Program-made: the position numbers and the translations under genes
Assembly (NCBI GenBank): GCA_013265495.1
Contig: MU058384.1
Coordinates: forward strand, 371,622-435,621
DNA: 64,000 nucleotides
Reading direction: 5' to 3'
Source of the DNA: Vicugna vicugna
Taxonomy: Eukaryota
Notes under the pieces: model-generated
Seen by the model: only the letters and a program-made list of their open reading frames with translations
What the model was told of the DNA's origin: nothing
Database searches by the model: none
Shown: piece after piece, positions 1 through 13,309 of the stretch
How positions within the stretch are numbered: position 1 is the first letter of the stretch
Layout: each line of letters opens with the position of its first letter

Positions 1-549
1 TAATTGCCTTGCAAATAATAGATTATTTAATGCTTCCCCTGTGTTGCTTATACACTAAACGTTCTACATACCAGCATATTTTATTTTCTATTCATGTTTT
101 CACCTATACACCTATATGTAACAAAGCGATACATATAGATGTTTAATTTAAAGATGAAGAAAGGAATGAAAACTATATTTAGAAAAATTATTAATCAGCT
201 ACAGGTGAATATGTTATGGATGAGCACATAAAAGGTTTCAACGACATTGATGTTGTGCTGTTTCCTAAGATGTATAGCAAATAACCATCTTAAAATCTTT
301 GTTAAACATGTATATATAAAATACATTATATTTTAATATTAATTTGGATGTTTTAATATTTGTATATTAACACAGTATATGTTATAAATATTATAAAATA
401 TGAAATAAGATTAATTTAGTGATATTTAAAATAAAGATGGTTTTAATGATTTATTAGCTATGAGGATGAGAAAAAAATGTGATGTTTAGCATTATATAAT
501 AATACAGAAGTTTGAGGAAATGGGCAGTTGCTATTGCTTTATGTTAGAG

Positions 550-735
550 TAGTGGCTCTCAAACTTCAATGGGCATAAGAATCACCTAAAGGGCTTGCTA
601 AACCACAGCCTGATGGACCCCAATCTAGACTTCCTGATTCATAGTCCCTAGAGGGGACCCAACATTTTGTATGTCTAACAAGTTTATAGATACTGCTGAT
701 GCTGCTGGTCCAGACCTCACTTTGAACGATATATC
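550..735. mobile_element. MER5A-like hAT-Charlie MITE
   Basis: tagtggctctcaaactt...agaatcacctaaagggcttgctaaaccacag...gctgatgctgctggtccagacctcactttgaa follows the recalled MER5A layout, ~185 bp. Confidence 0.75.
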
Positions 736-799
736 TTTGTAGAGTGGTAAACTGATTTGAAGATTTGTTACCTAATGTACAGCCTTTGTCTTTATCTAG

Positions 800-1590
800 A
801 AAACCCACACATTTCTTTCTATTATCCACCCAAGCAATATCTACTCAGATCAAAAGAAACTTCCCTGAGAAGCAGGTCAAGAAGAACCTCCCAGTCTTAT
901 TTATATGCCTTCTCTCCTCCCTTTGAAGAATTCCTGTCTTGTTGAAAAATCTCTCTTCCCTTTTCTTTGATGATATAATGCTCTCAATTTATTTCTTGCC
1001 AGACCCTTTAAATCTCTCTTGGTTCTGCAGTCCCATGAATCCTTACTTCTTTCATAGAGATTGTTTTTACTCTACAGAAGTTTTTAGGAGCTCTAATCCA
1101 TTCCCATGGCTTCAATTAGATTTGTACTATGTACAGATGAATTCAAAATCTGCGTTTATATCCCAGTCTCTCTTCTGAGCTTTAGTGAAGTGAATTCCTT
1201 TCCAGAGACTGGTGTTTAGATACCCACAAATACTTTAACTCCAGCATTTTCAAAATGGATTTCCCATTTGCAGCAACCCCACCATTACCACCACACACCC
1301 TCATACATAGTCTCTAGCCATCATTTCATGCTCTATGGTCCTACCTTTCTCCCCTTAGTAAGTATCATCTCAGCCATTCATGCAAGGAACCGGAGCACCA
1401 TCTGTGACTCTTATTTTCTCTCACTCTACAGCCAATCTACTTCATTTTTGATTACTTTACCATTTAAAGAGATCTGAAGTCCATCTATCTTGCTTTGTCT
1501 TCACTAACAGTTTGTTAGTCCACGTTCCATCATCTCTTGCAAAGAAACTTCTAACTTTATTATTGTCTGGCTTTCTTTTAATTCATTATT
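800..1590 (+). mobile_element. L2 LINE fragment (degenerate RT/3' region)
   Basis: atccattcccatggcttcaatt...cagatgaattcaaaatc...atatcccagtctctcttctgagct resembles the L2 segment encoding HGFNYHLYADDSQI; pyrimidine-rich flanks typical of L2. Confidence 0.65.
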
Positions 1591-2598
1591 CATAAGGTTG
1601 TCAGATAGAGTGTTCCTGGAGGGAGTAGAAGGGCATTTAGGAACAACCTGATATTTAGAGATCACACCTAGGTAAGACTCAACAACAGTTGCCTCTTCTT
1701 CATATAATTCATCCTCTTACTAAATTCCAGACAGAACATATTCATCCCCGATCCTGAGGTTTTAATCTTGTCAACTGCATTGAGATGTACTGAGACATTT
1801 CATGTCCAGTTTCAAGTTTCCAAAGGAAAGATACCAGAAGCCCTTACTAATGCATCTATGTAAATATAGTTTTTCTCTTTCTCTGCCTTACAGAATCTAG
1901 TTATTTGTCTTCACAGAATTCATCACAATATTTAAAATTCATCCTAAAATAAACAAGAATTTAAAATTACATCTAAAAGTAAAAGTCAAATAGTATGCAT
2001 TCACATAAATATGTAAATATTTTATCAGTATCTTCCTCCACTCCTTGATCAAAAATTTCTTATAGCTAGGAACAACGATTTTTTTGGCTCATCAAAAATC
2101 ACAAGAGTGGTGAGCAAGAAATACATACACCTCTAGAGACAACACACTTAAAATAGAAAACACTAATAATAAAGCAAACATTTTAAAATATAGAGGGAAG
2201 TAAGAAAAAAAATGTTTCTGCAAAGGAACAAGAAATTGACAACAAAACTTTCAATGAATGTATAGAAGACAGGAAGACAGTGGAACAAGATATACACAAA
2301 GCTAAGATAAAGAACTGTCAACCAGGAAGTGTAAGGTCAGCTAAGGTCACCACTCTCCTGATAAACTCTTGCATTATTTCTGTTTGTTCCTATGTTGATT
2401 CCTTTGATCCATTTTTGTTTTCCATGTAGATTTACATCACAAATATTTATCTAGTCTTTTCCAAAGTCATTCTTTTTTATACATTTATTGTTTCAACAAG
2501 TGCAAATTAGTAGTAATACTAGTTTGAATCAAATGTCTTGTTCTTCACTTGAACAGAATTAATTAATGTTTCATCAACAAGGTAATGGTTTGCTTCAT

Positions 2599-2682
2599 GT
2601 ATAGTGATTAAAGGAATGGAAGCTGGAATTAAATGGACTGGGTCAAAGTCCCACATCAGCCCATAATGTAATGACATGGGCA
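2599..2682 (+). mobile_element. MIR fragment (5' part)
   Basis: gtatagtgattaaaggaatggaagctggaattaaatggactgggtcaaagtccca resembles the MIR 5' region. Confidence 0.4.
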
Positions 2683-2985
2683 TAGAAGTGAACAGCATTT
2701 TGGAAATATCCTGGAGGCTATACTGGTTAATCTTTTAGAGGAACTGGTTTGAAACTTTAAGTAGACTTCGAAAGAGGAAACAGAGAATGTGGGAAACAAA
2801 GGAAAGAACAAAAGAGGAAACAAATTTGCTATTTTGAATAACTATAAATTCCAACAAGCTAGTTAAAAAAAAAAATCTGTGGTTCAGCTGACCTGTTGTT
2901 TTTCCCAATTACCCCATAACGATTGTAAATAAATGGCTCTAACTTTAGACATTCCCATTTGTTTTTTCTCTATTCATGTATATAG

Positions 2986-3142
2986 TTGCAAAGGCTGGCA
3001 CATACTTTGAAAGATGAAGGAATCTGTTCTCTTGGCAGCTTGTTACCTGACTTGGGATTGTCATGATTCCGACAGCCACAGACAACTGAACCATTCTCCC
3101 TGTTACTTTTGGCCACTAAGGAGTAATGTGCAGCAGTCCTGG
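2986..3142 (+). other. candidate spliced exon (157 nt), no through-ORF
   Basis: acceptor tttgttttttctctattcatgtatatag| and donor TGG|gtatgt in non-repeat, higher-GC sequence; all three frames contain stops. Confidence 0.3.
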
Positions 3143-5324
3143 GTATGTGTAGAAATGTGCTGTATTTGTATGTAATGCATTATTCTTCCTTAATAGCCAG
3201 CTGGCTTTAATTTACTTTATTTAGAATTTTATTTGCACTGAGGCTTATAAATGAGATTGATTTCGAGTTTTCTTTTTCCTTTTCTGTTCTTGTTTGCTTT
3301 AGTATGAGGGTTTTAGAGAAATATTTTTTTAAATATTTATATTATTTTCCCAGAAGGTACTATGCTATGTATAGTGCAAAAGTTGGAAATTTTCTCTTCT
3401 TTTGGGGGCTGGGTGGGGGGAAGTTCATGTTATGTGTTTGTCCAATATTACGGAGCTCTAAACTATTCAATACTGTTGGGTATTTCTGATTTCAGTTATT
3501 TAAAACTGAATGAACCTACAGGAAGTAGACATATACACATACCATGCTTCTTTTCAATCATTATTTGCAATTGTCATTTTAAATTTGGTATTCTGCTACA
3601 CTAGAGATCTATTAGCAATTCAGAACCTCCATGAAAATAAATTTTGTAAGTACCCTGAGAACAAACATTTTTGAAGTTAGTTGTTACTTCTTAATGTTAT
3701 CCTCTCTATGTGTTCTACAAATCTCAGTGGGCCACTAAGCTTTTCAGAAGTCAGGTTTTCTATTTATTCTCTCTTACTGAAACTGAAAGAAAAAATAAAA
3801 ATGTGACTTTGTGGACTACGTTGGGAACTGAAGTTTTGGAAACAAATCTTCAAGAGATTTTATTTAAACTGAATGCATTTTCCTTTTTCTCCTGCCTCCT
3901 CTCTCTCCCCAAGCCCATTCCCCCAAATTCTAAAGGATTCATTTATAAAGTTGAAATAGAATATCCCTGGGGTAGTGAAAACTTTTGAAAGCTTCTAAAT
4001 AAAGAAACAAACCTTTTGGACTGAAAACAAGAGAATGTTTAAATTCTTCCTCTCACGTACATGACCCCAAGAAAGGTTCTTTTTGGAAAAAAAAAAAAAT
4101 AGGATTTGCAAGCTGCAAGAAGCAGCATTGTGCCCTAAGGGTCAGTAACTTTATTCCATGGATAGAATGTTTCAATTTAATGGGGATTCATTGGCTAAGG
4201 GCCTTGTCAGTTGATAGTCAGCTTGATGTTCAGTGGCAGATCCTTGGAGGGAAAAAAAAAACAAACACTCCAAGAAATCATAAACATATGGAATCATTAG
4301 ATCAGGGCTCACTTAAATGTTTTATTTTTCAAGTTGGCAGTGTCTGATTACCATTGTTACAAATATCAATATTACTTTCTTTGTTTAATTTTAATTTTTA
4401 TCATGACTTATTCCTTATTTGTATTCTTTCATTTACTTTTATTTTCCATCGATGTCATGAACTGTTTCCACTTTTTAAGTCAGCTTTTCACTTTGCTTCT
4501 TTATTTTGGCTAAAATATTATTTCTTTAAGGTTTGCTGTAATTTCCTTCTCCTTCTTATGTCTTGCCATGCAAGTTTTACATGCTCATTTTCTGCAACTT
4601 AGGTACATGTTTGGAAGACTTTAATTGGCTGATTTAAATTTCATGGCAAAGCTAGATCTTGTAAACTATCAAATTTTACTTTCTAGTTTAAATTATGCAA
4701 GATAATGATATAGGACATAATTTTAGTAAGGACCAATCTGTTTCATGATTGGCCTAAAACCACACTTGCTGTTAATTAAAACATTTCAGAAGCTCTTGGT
4801 GAATTTTAAAAAAAATGTTTCTTAAACTATATTATTTTCACAGAATTAAAAATTACATTATTCCAGTTTCTGTATCATTCAGGACTCCAGTTACAAAAAT
4901 ACTAAAATAATTTATTGGCTGATTTTTCCCTGCATTCATTTATATTTTTAAAAAAGGAAAAAAAGACATCAAACATTTCCCTTGATATATAGTATACTTT
5001 TATATGGATTACCAATAAAAAAGTTCATAAAGACTTATATAAAGAATTGTCAAGTCATATAACCAGCGTGTTTTAGGTGGCCTAGCCATTTTAGCATTTT
5101 TAAATCTTCAAAGAATGATGCAGGTGGATGTTTTATAATGTGTATGCAGTTATTTGATGTATAGGCCTCAGAGGATGCCATTACATCCTGTGAGAATGTA
5201 GTGACTTCCAGTCATGATATGTTTCTAAAATCTCTACAGTTTTATTTAATAAACAGTCGTTGGAATGTTTTTAAAAATGTTAGTTTTACAAATCAATCAT
5301 AAAAATGACCATTTAAAAATTAAT

Positions 5325-8300
5325 CCAGAAGATGGCAGAATAGGAAACCCCAGATCCTCCTTTCCCCCACAGAGACACCAATTCAACAACAATATATACA
5401 CCAATTCCTTTCATGAGAAATTCAGAAACCAGTTCAGAAGTTCCTGCAGCCCAGGCAAACATGAAACCAGTAGCGTTGAAACCAGTAGGCAGATTTGAGG
5501 CACTCATTTACCATAGCCCCTCCCTCTAGCACAGCACAGTCTAGAGGAAGCTCTCAGCGCCCAGCTTCCTCCTGGGCAGGGAAAAACAAAACTGAAACAT
5601 ATGCCCAGTGCTCAGACTTTTAAGGAGACTGCCAGAGGGACTGACTTTTGTCTTGCCTGAACCTAAACATTGGTAAGAAAAGGTGGTAGATTACTGGTAA
5701 GATAAATACGTATAGAAATACAAACTATTGTAATACTATAATGGTAGCGTGTTAATCACTTTTAATTCTGGTATAGAAGCTAAAGACAAAAGTCTAAAAA
5801 TAACTATTAGATATATTAATGGATACACAATGTGAAAAGATGTAACAAGTGACAGTAATAATATAGAGTACATGTGGCTTGGGGGGAGAAGTGGAAGAGT
5901 ATACCTTCTGTATGCAGTTTAAGTTAAGTTGTTACCAGGTTAAAGCAGGTAGTTATAACTATGAGATGTTTTATGTAAACCGCATGGTAACCTGTAGAAA
6001 ATACCTATAGATGATAGTTTTAAAAATAAGAAAGGAATCAATTCATACTCCTTTAAAAATTAAAAGAAAAAAAAAAGGAGAGAAAGGTAGGAAGAGAGAT
6101 TAAAGAGCTATAGGGTAAATAGAAAACAATAAAATGGCGATAATGAGCTTGTTTCTGTCAGTAATGTTTAGTGTAAATGGATTAAACTCCTCAATCTTAA
6201 GACATAGAGTCGCTAACTAGATGGAAGAAAAAAAAACAAGATCCAGTTAAATGGTATATATAAAAGACTCAATTTAGATTAAAGGACACACAGAAGCTAA
6301 AATGGAACAGACAGAAAAATATATTTCATGCAAATAGTAATCAAAGGTAGCAGGGCTTGCCATAATTAAAGTCTTTAAGTCAAAATTGTTAAGAGACAAA
6401 GAAGATACCATTGTATCATTATATGGTAACAAAAGGGTCAGTTCACCAGGGAGATACAATCATTATAAATATGTATTCACCCAACATTAGAGTACCTAAA
6501 TATATGAAGAAAACATTTTTAGAAATAAAGGCAGAAATGGACAGTAAACAATAATAGTAGAAGCTTTCAATACCTCATTTTGAATCGTTAATGGAACATC
6601 CAGTTGGAGTTTGTTAAGGCAATGGATGATATATGATTCTGTATGATATGTATAGAACATTCCACTTAAGAGCAGCAGAATTCACATTTTTCTCTAGCAC
6701 ACATGAAATATTCTCTGGATACATCACATGTTAGGCCACAAAACAAGCCTTAACAAATTTAAGAAGATTAAAATCATACCAAGTTATCTTTTCTGACCAC
6801 AATGGAATGCAACCAGAAATTAATAACAGGGAAAAAAACCTGGAAAATTCACAAACATGTGGAAATTAAACATCCCACTCTTGAGCACCCAGTATGTGAA
6901 AGAAGAAAGCAAAGGGTAAATTAGAAAGTATTTTGAGACAAATGAAAAAGAAACAATATACCAAAACTTATGGGATCCAGTAAAATCAGTTCCAAGAGGA
7001 AAGTTTATAGCAATAAATGCTTACATTAAGAAAGAAGAAAATTCTCAAACAACCTAACTTTGTACCTCAAGGAACTGGAAAAAGAAGAACAAACTAAGCC
7101 CAGAGTTAGCAAAAAAGAAGGAGAAAATGAAGATTAGAATAGAAATAAATGAAATAGAGAATAGGAACCGATAGAAAAAAAATCAACAAAACTAAGAATT
7201 GGGTTTTTGAAAAGATCAACAAAACTGACATAACTTTAAACTATAAGAGAGAGAGAGAGAAGACAAATAAATAAAGTCAAAAATGAAAGACATTATAACT
7301 GATGCCACAGAAATAAAAAAGATCATAAGAAGCTACTATGAACAATTATATGCCAACAAATTGGGTAAATTAGAACTGGATAAATTCTTTAAAATACACA
7401 CTCTGAAAACACTGAGTCATAAAAAAAAAATAGAAAGCTTGAACAGAGCTATAACTGGTAACGATATTAAATCAGAATCAAAACCTCCAAATAAAGAAAT
7501 GGCCAGGATCAAATGGTGAATTCTACCATATTTTTAAGAAGAATTTATGTCACTCCCTCTTAAACCCTTCCAAAACATTGAAAGCCTTATTTTATGAGGA
7601 CAGCATTACTTTGATACAAAAGCCAGACAAAGACACTACAAGAAAACAACAGAACAATATCCTTTACTAGCATAGATGCCAAAATCCTCAACAAAACATG
7701 AGCAACTGAATTCAACAACACATTAAAAGGATCATATGTCATGACGTACTGGGATTTATCCCTGGGATTCAAGAATGGTTCAACATAGGAAATCAACCAT
7801 TCTGACAGACCACATTAACTGGGTGAATGGTAAAAATCACATGTTTATCTCACTAGATACAGGAAAAAACATTTGACATAATTCAACACCTTTTTATGAT
7901 AAAAATACTCAATAAACTAAGTATAGAAGAAAATTACTTTGATATAATAAAAGCTATATATGAAAAGCCTACAGCTAACGTCATACTCAGTGATGAGAAG
8001 CTGAAAGTTTTTCCTTTAAGATCAAGAACAAGAAAAAGAAGTAAAATTACCTCCATTCACCAGTCTTACATGGAGAAAACCCTAAAGATTCCACACACAA
8101 AAAAAGTCTGTTAGAACTAATAAATGAATTCAGCAAAGTTACAGGTTTCAAAATCAACATACAAGAATCAGTTGTGTTTTTATTCACTAAAAACAAACAA
8201 TTTAAAAAGGAAATTTAGGAAACACTTTCATTTATAAAAGTAACAAAAAGAATAAAATGTTTAGGGATAACTTAACTAAGGAGGTGAGAATTGTACACTG

Positions 8301-9215
8301 AAAAGCACAACACAATAATAAAATTAAAGACACTAATAAGTGGAAAGATATCCTATATTCATGGATTGGAAAATTTAATATTATTTAATATTAAGTGGGT
8401 AATATGACATTAATAATAATAGTTATTATTATTACTATGTCATACTACCCATTCTACAGATTCAATGCAATCCTTGACAAAATCCCAGTGTTATTTTTTG
8501 TAGGAATATATAAAAACAATTCTAAAATTTGTATGGACCCACAAAAAAACCTCAAATAACTGAAACAACCTTGAGAAAGGAAAACAAAGCTGGAAGCTTC
8601 ACACTTCTTGACTTCAAACTATACCACAAAGCTACAGTAATCAAAAGAGAATAATACCAGCATAACAACAAACATACAGTCCAAAGAAACAAAATAGACA
8701 GCCCAGAAATAAATCCATTGTATAATATCAAATGATCTTTGACAAGGCTTCCAAAATGATACAATAGGGAAAAGATCAGTTATTCATCAAATGATACTGG
8801 AAAAACTGAAGAGCCATATGCAAAAAAGAAAGGAAATAAATTGGATCCTTATACCATGCACACAAAAATCAATTCAAAATTGATTGAGCTCTTAAAGGTA
8901 AAACATAAAACTATAAAACTCCTAGAAGAAAATACAGAGAATAAGCTTCCTAACATTAATTCTGGCAGTGATTTCCTGGGTATGACCCCAAAAGCAGAGA
9001 CAACTAAAGCAAAACAGGCAAATGAGATTACATCAAACTAAAAAGCTTCTTCATAGCAAAGGAAGCCATCAACATAGTGAAAGGGCAACTTGTGGCATGG
9101 TAGGAAATATTTGTCAACCGTTTATCTCCTGAGGGGTTAATATGCAAGAATCTCCTACAGCTCAATAGCAAAACCCAAATAACCCAATTTAAAAATGGCC
9201 AAAAGACTTGAGTAC
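5325..9215 (+). mobile_element. LINE-1 (L1MA/L1M3-age), 5' UTR fused to inter-ORF region and ORF2; ORF1 and 3' end missing
   Basis: 5' motif aagatggcagaataggaa at ~5329; ORF2 endonuclease start (..gtaaatggattaaactcc = NGLNS) at ~6134-6190; ORF2 peptides in ORF track ([51 protein letters not shown]). Confidence 0.95.
6134..9215 (+). pseudogene. disrupted L1 ORF2 (endonuclease/reverse transcriptase)
   Basis: many frameshifts and stops; recognisable ORF2p peptides at 7283-7519, 7896-8114, 8841-9041; RT core segment deleted at ~8030. Confidence 0.9.
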
Positions 9216-9224
9216 AATTTCTCA

Positions 9225-9570
9225 GAACATAAGAAATTTCATTATCTCACACTTCTGGAGACTAGATGTCTAAAATCAAAGTGTCAGCAGAATCATGCTC
9301 GCTCTGAAATCAGGAGGGGGAGAACCTTCCTTGCCTCTCCCTAACTTCTGGTGGTTTATCAGCAATTTTTGGCAATCCTTGGCTTGTAGATGCTTCGCTC
9401 CAGTCTGTGGCCGTCTTCTCCCTATGCGTATTCACATCATCTTCCCTCCGTGCCTGTCTGTCTCTTTGTCTAAATTTCCCTTTTTATAAGGACACCAGTC
9501 AGACCTAATTAGGGTCCATGTTAATGACCTCACTTTTACTCTGTAAGCAATATTTTCCAATATGAATCTG
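9225..9570 (-). mobile_element. MLT1C-like MaLR LTR (truncated at both ends)
   Basis: ttctggagactagatgtctaaaatcaaagtgtcagcag...ggcaatccttggcttgtagatgc...aaatttccctttttataaggacaccagtca is the reverse complement of the recalled MLT1B/C consensus. Confidence 0.85.
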
Positions 9571-11569
9571 TTGCCACTGCTACAAAGACATAATGATATC
9601 AATAAAAAACTGTCTGGCTCCATTACCAATCAGCCAAAACCCAATCAGTCATGAGTATCTGAGTTTCTTATCTGTATTTTTTATTTTCTAGTATGTTTTT
9701 AGAAAAAGTGTTCCCCAAAGAGTGTTACTTAATGAACTTAATAAGTAAAAATTGTATTTTTCCAGTTTTGTTTTTCCTAACATTACCTTCCCCAGTGATT
9801 ATGCCCTAAGGTTATGATTCTGAAATTCATTAAACAGGCCCATCCATATTCAATTATCCGTCATTCCTGAATTCATTTGTCATACCCTTTTTCAGGTTTC
9901 ATCTTCTATACTGAGTTTCTATTAGTATATCCTATGCTTTTTCAATTTTGATTTTAAAAGTTTAAGTTTTAAAATATGAAGTCAGATGATAACCTCCATG
10001 CTGAAAACAACTATAAAAGACTGTTGTATTGTTTTCCACTTTTTTCATGAACACACTATTGTATTTCAGAGTCTTCATCAACGACTAGACTTTGCTTTAG
10101 GAATATCCTTTCACCATATGTTATGTACAAAATCAGGCACATGTTAGTTTCATCTAAATATTAATTTTTATCCTACTATTTAACTGATAGACTTTTTTTG
10201 CCTACTTTATCATTGTACAGTATAAAATTCTTTATCATTTTCCAGTAAAATATTTCAATAACTTTAATAATTACTGAGTCACTAAAATATACATTTTGAA
10301 GTATTTCTAGCCTATTATATGTTTAGTTTTGTTTCAGGTCAAAACATCTATGGTTTAGAGACACTAAGATGATTAATTAATTCTCCATTTGTTTGGGGAT
10401 AGGCCACCATTTATAAAGCAAACAGACAAATTACTTCAAACAGAGAGGACCCTCAAAAGCAAAGTGGTGTACTTCTTCAAATGATACCCCATGACCTTTC
10501 AAGATGAAAGGATAATAATAGTCATTCACCCAGAGAAGAAGGAGGAAAGTTCTATGTGCTATTTACAGGGTTTAGAGGTCACTTGGTTATGCAGAAAACA
10601 AAATACAATGGACGCTGCAGAAAGCACTAGAGAGAGAAATCGCGGCTACAGATTTTTCTAAGCTTCCTATTCACTACCGTTTTTCATCTTTTAATAAGCC
10701 CCTCTGTTCCCCAAACTGAGGCCACATTCTGTTTATTGTGTGGCTGGGGCCCCCCTTACGTTCAGCTGTCTATCTGTGCCCTCTTTAGAGTGCAAGTAAT
10801 TGGCCTAAATCAAGAAGCAAATGGCATGTCTAACTCATTCAGCATTCTGGTGATCATATGACAGAGCTTAGAGGGTTTGAGGGAGGTCTCAAACAACAAA
10901 GCAGGATATTATTTTCAGTGAAGTCTTGTGGCTATGTGTACCTCTGTTGCAAGAACAGTTAGAGTCTTTGTTTCTCCAATGGTCCTAAGAGTCAGCTTGA
11001 CTGTCTCACTGAAAAAACTCCAAGGCATTCCCGTAGCCTTTCCACAGCATCATAGACTATATAGAGACCATTCTTTATTCAACCCTCCAAAACATATGTT
11101 TAGGAAAAATGAGAGATTTCTCTACTCTACTAGTCAGAATTTATTATGTTCCCAAATAAAGTATAACTTATGACGGCAAAATCCTGATTTAAAAAGCATG
11201 AGATGGCTAAAATGTAGTAAGTGTAAGTTTTATTTTGAACAAACCATTCAAAATGCAAATTTCGGAAATGTGAGTTCAAGTTTTAACTCAAGATTTTATT
11301 TGCTTTTAATATGCTTATTATACTTCTACACTAGCCTACCTGCCCATATTTTGAAAACAAATCTGATTTGTATTCAGAGGCTTTTTTGAAACTACTCAAA
11401 ACAGACTTTTGGTTTTTATCAGAGCTGGTAGTACCATATTGTAAGGCACAATAATAAAAATGTAATGCTAGAGATGGTTGTGACATATATAAAGGTATTT
11501 ATTTTAAAAATGTAAAATACATATATTTTATATAGTAAATATTAGGGTTAGACAGAACCTGTGATTATC

Positions 11570-11690
11570 ACCAAGTACTACTAACTTATTTTATAGATAA
11601 ATTTTGACAGCTTGTTCAAATGACAGCTGAAGGATCTAAAAATCCAGTCCTCTGATTCTTAGCTCAGTATTTTCCCTCACACTACTCTTT
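11570..11690 (-). mobile_element. MIR fragment
   Basis: ttttatagat...cttgttcaaatgacagctg...aatccagtcctctgattcttagctcagtattttccctcacactac. Confidence 0.4.
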
Positions 11691-12444
11691 CTCTTGGCTA
11701 CAGAGCATATGGCACTAATTCAGAGTAGAAATTCCTATATATTCTAAAATTTCATGAAGGGATTACACATTTCTACCTCCAAGTTAGGTAATCTACCACC
11801 ATATTCTCAAACCATGGGGGGAAAAATACTTCAATTTGCACAAAACCATGAATCAGCAGAGAGAACAAAAGTCAAAGCTTCAGAGTCCCCAGGGCACTGC
11901 TTACATGCCCATTTCAAATGGAAGCTGCTCAGCATGGGCTTGACAATGGCTTTGTAAATTCAGGAGACTACTTTTTATACAATGTCTTTCATTTCGAAAC
12001 TATAACAACTTCAGTTCCTCAGAGGCATCTATCAAAACTTGACTACCTAAATAAAATATTCCACAGTTAGATTTTGAAAATTCATTAGTGCATACATTTA
12101 ATAAACTTAGAAGCAAACATTAGTTATATCCTAGTGTTCATGATACCAGGTCTCCAGGACAAAGAGTAGAAAAAGGAAAGCAGGCTTCTGTACTATAAAC
12201 CCATGCTAACTCAGAGCTGTTCAGATATATATTGATGAAACTTCGAAGTGATATACTGTAACTGACCAGAGTTGTAAAGAACTTTGTGATTGTACATGGA
12301 AATCCAGTCTTTTTGTTTCTAAAGAAACAAAAATAACAGTCACCAGATACTCAAATCTTGGGTGAATGATAGCCCAATGCAATGTATCCCTAAATGTAAA
12401 AACTAGAAAATTATAGCACAGTCTTTTCAAATGCCTTGAATAAA

Positions 12445-12560
12445 TGTCTTAACAATATCCTCCCTAAGCTTAGTTCACTTTTTTGTAAAAGGAAAGGACT
12501 AGGCTAAATCATCTCTAAGGATCAATCCATCTAGCTGATCTAACACTAATATTCTATTAA
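12445..12560 (+). mobile_element. MIR3-like fragment
   Basis: ccctaagcttagttcactttttgtaaaaggaaaggactaggctaaatcatctctaagg matches the MIR core/MIR3 tail. Confidence 0.45.
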
Positions 12561-12889
12561 AAAAGTTTAACGTCTTTAACATCATCACCAGTTGTGAAAA
12601 CTGCTTTTGTTTTTTCTCAAAATATTTATTATTAATGTTAGAAATTGTTAACTGGTCTTTTAGCAAGGTCGGTAAAAGTTTTGTATTCTCTAAGTCCCAG
12701 ACTCAAATTATTTTCTGTAAACAGATTTTTGTGTAATATATATTCAAAAATTAAAGACTATACGTTTTAAAATTCTATGTTTATAGTCCATATACTTATC
12801 AGTATGAGACTTTAAAGAGGTAACATTTTTTAAGAGAACTAAAAACATCTAATATTTGAGGTAAGAGAAACAGTATTTATTTTATATAT

Positions 12890-13113
12890 CACAAACTGGC
12901 AAGTCTTAGCCTGCAGGCCAAATCAGGCCTGCCATGTGTTTTTTAAAGTAAAACTTTATTGGAATGTAATAACACTTGTGTGTTCACATATTGTCTATGG
13001 TTGCTTTTAAACTATAATATCAGAGTTAAATATTTGCAACAAACAATGTATGGCTGGTAGAATTTGAAATATTTACTACCTGGCCCTATACAGAGAAAGA
13101 TTGCTGACCTTTG
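12890..13113. mobile_element. MER58A-like hAT-Charlie MITE
   Basis: gcctgcaggccaaatcaggcctgcca...tttattggaa...ttcacatattgtctatggttgcttt...aaatatttactacctggccctatacagagaaagattgctgacc, ~225 bp. Confidence 0.8.
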
Positions 13114-13309
13114 CCAGATATTATAAACATAGAAGGGGAAAAGACCATGCAATTCAGGTTAATATAGAAAATTATGTGAAAAAGTGTCTGAGTTTTAATA
13201 TCCACTGGCAAGTCCAGAACTTATACATAAAAGAAACAATAGTAGTAGCTTAGTTGGATGTCAGTTTTATGGGACTTGTTTTGAGGTTGTACTTCCATAG
13301 CCAAAACAT

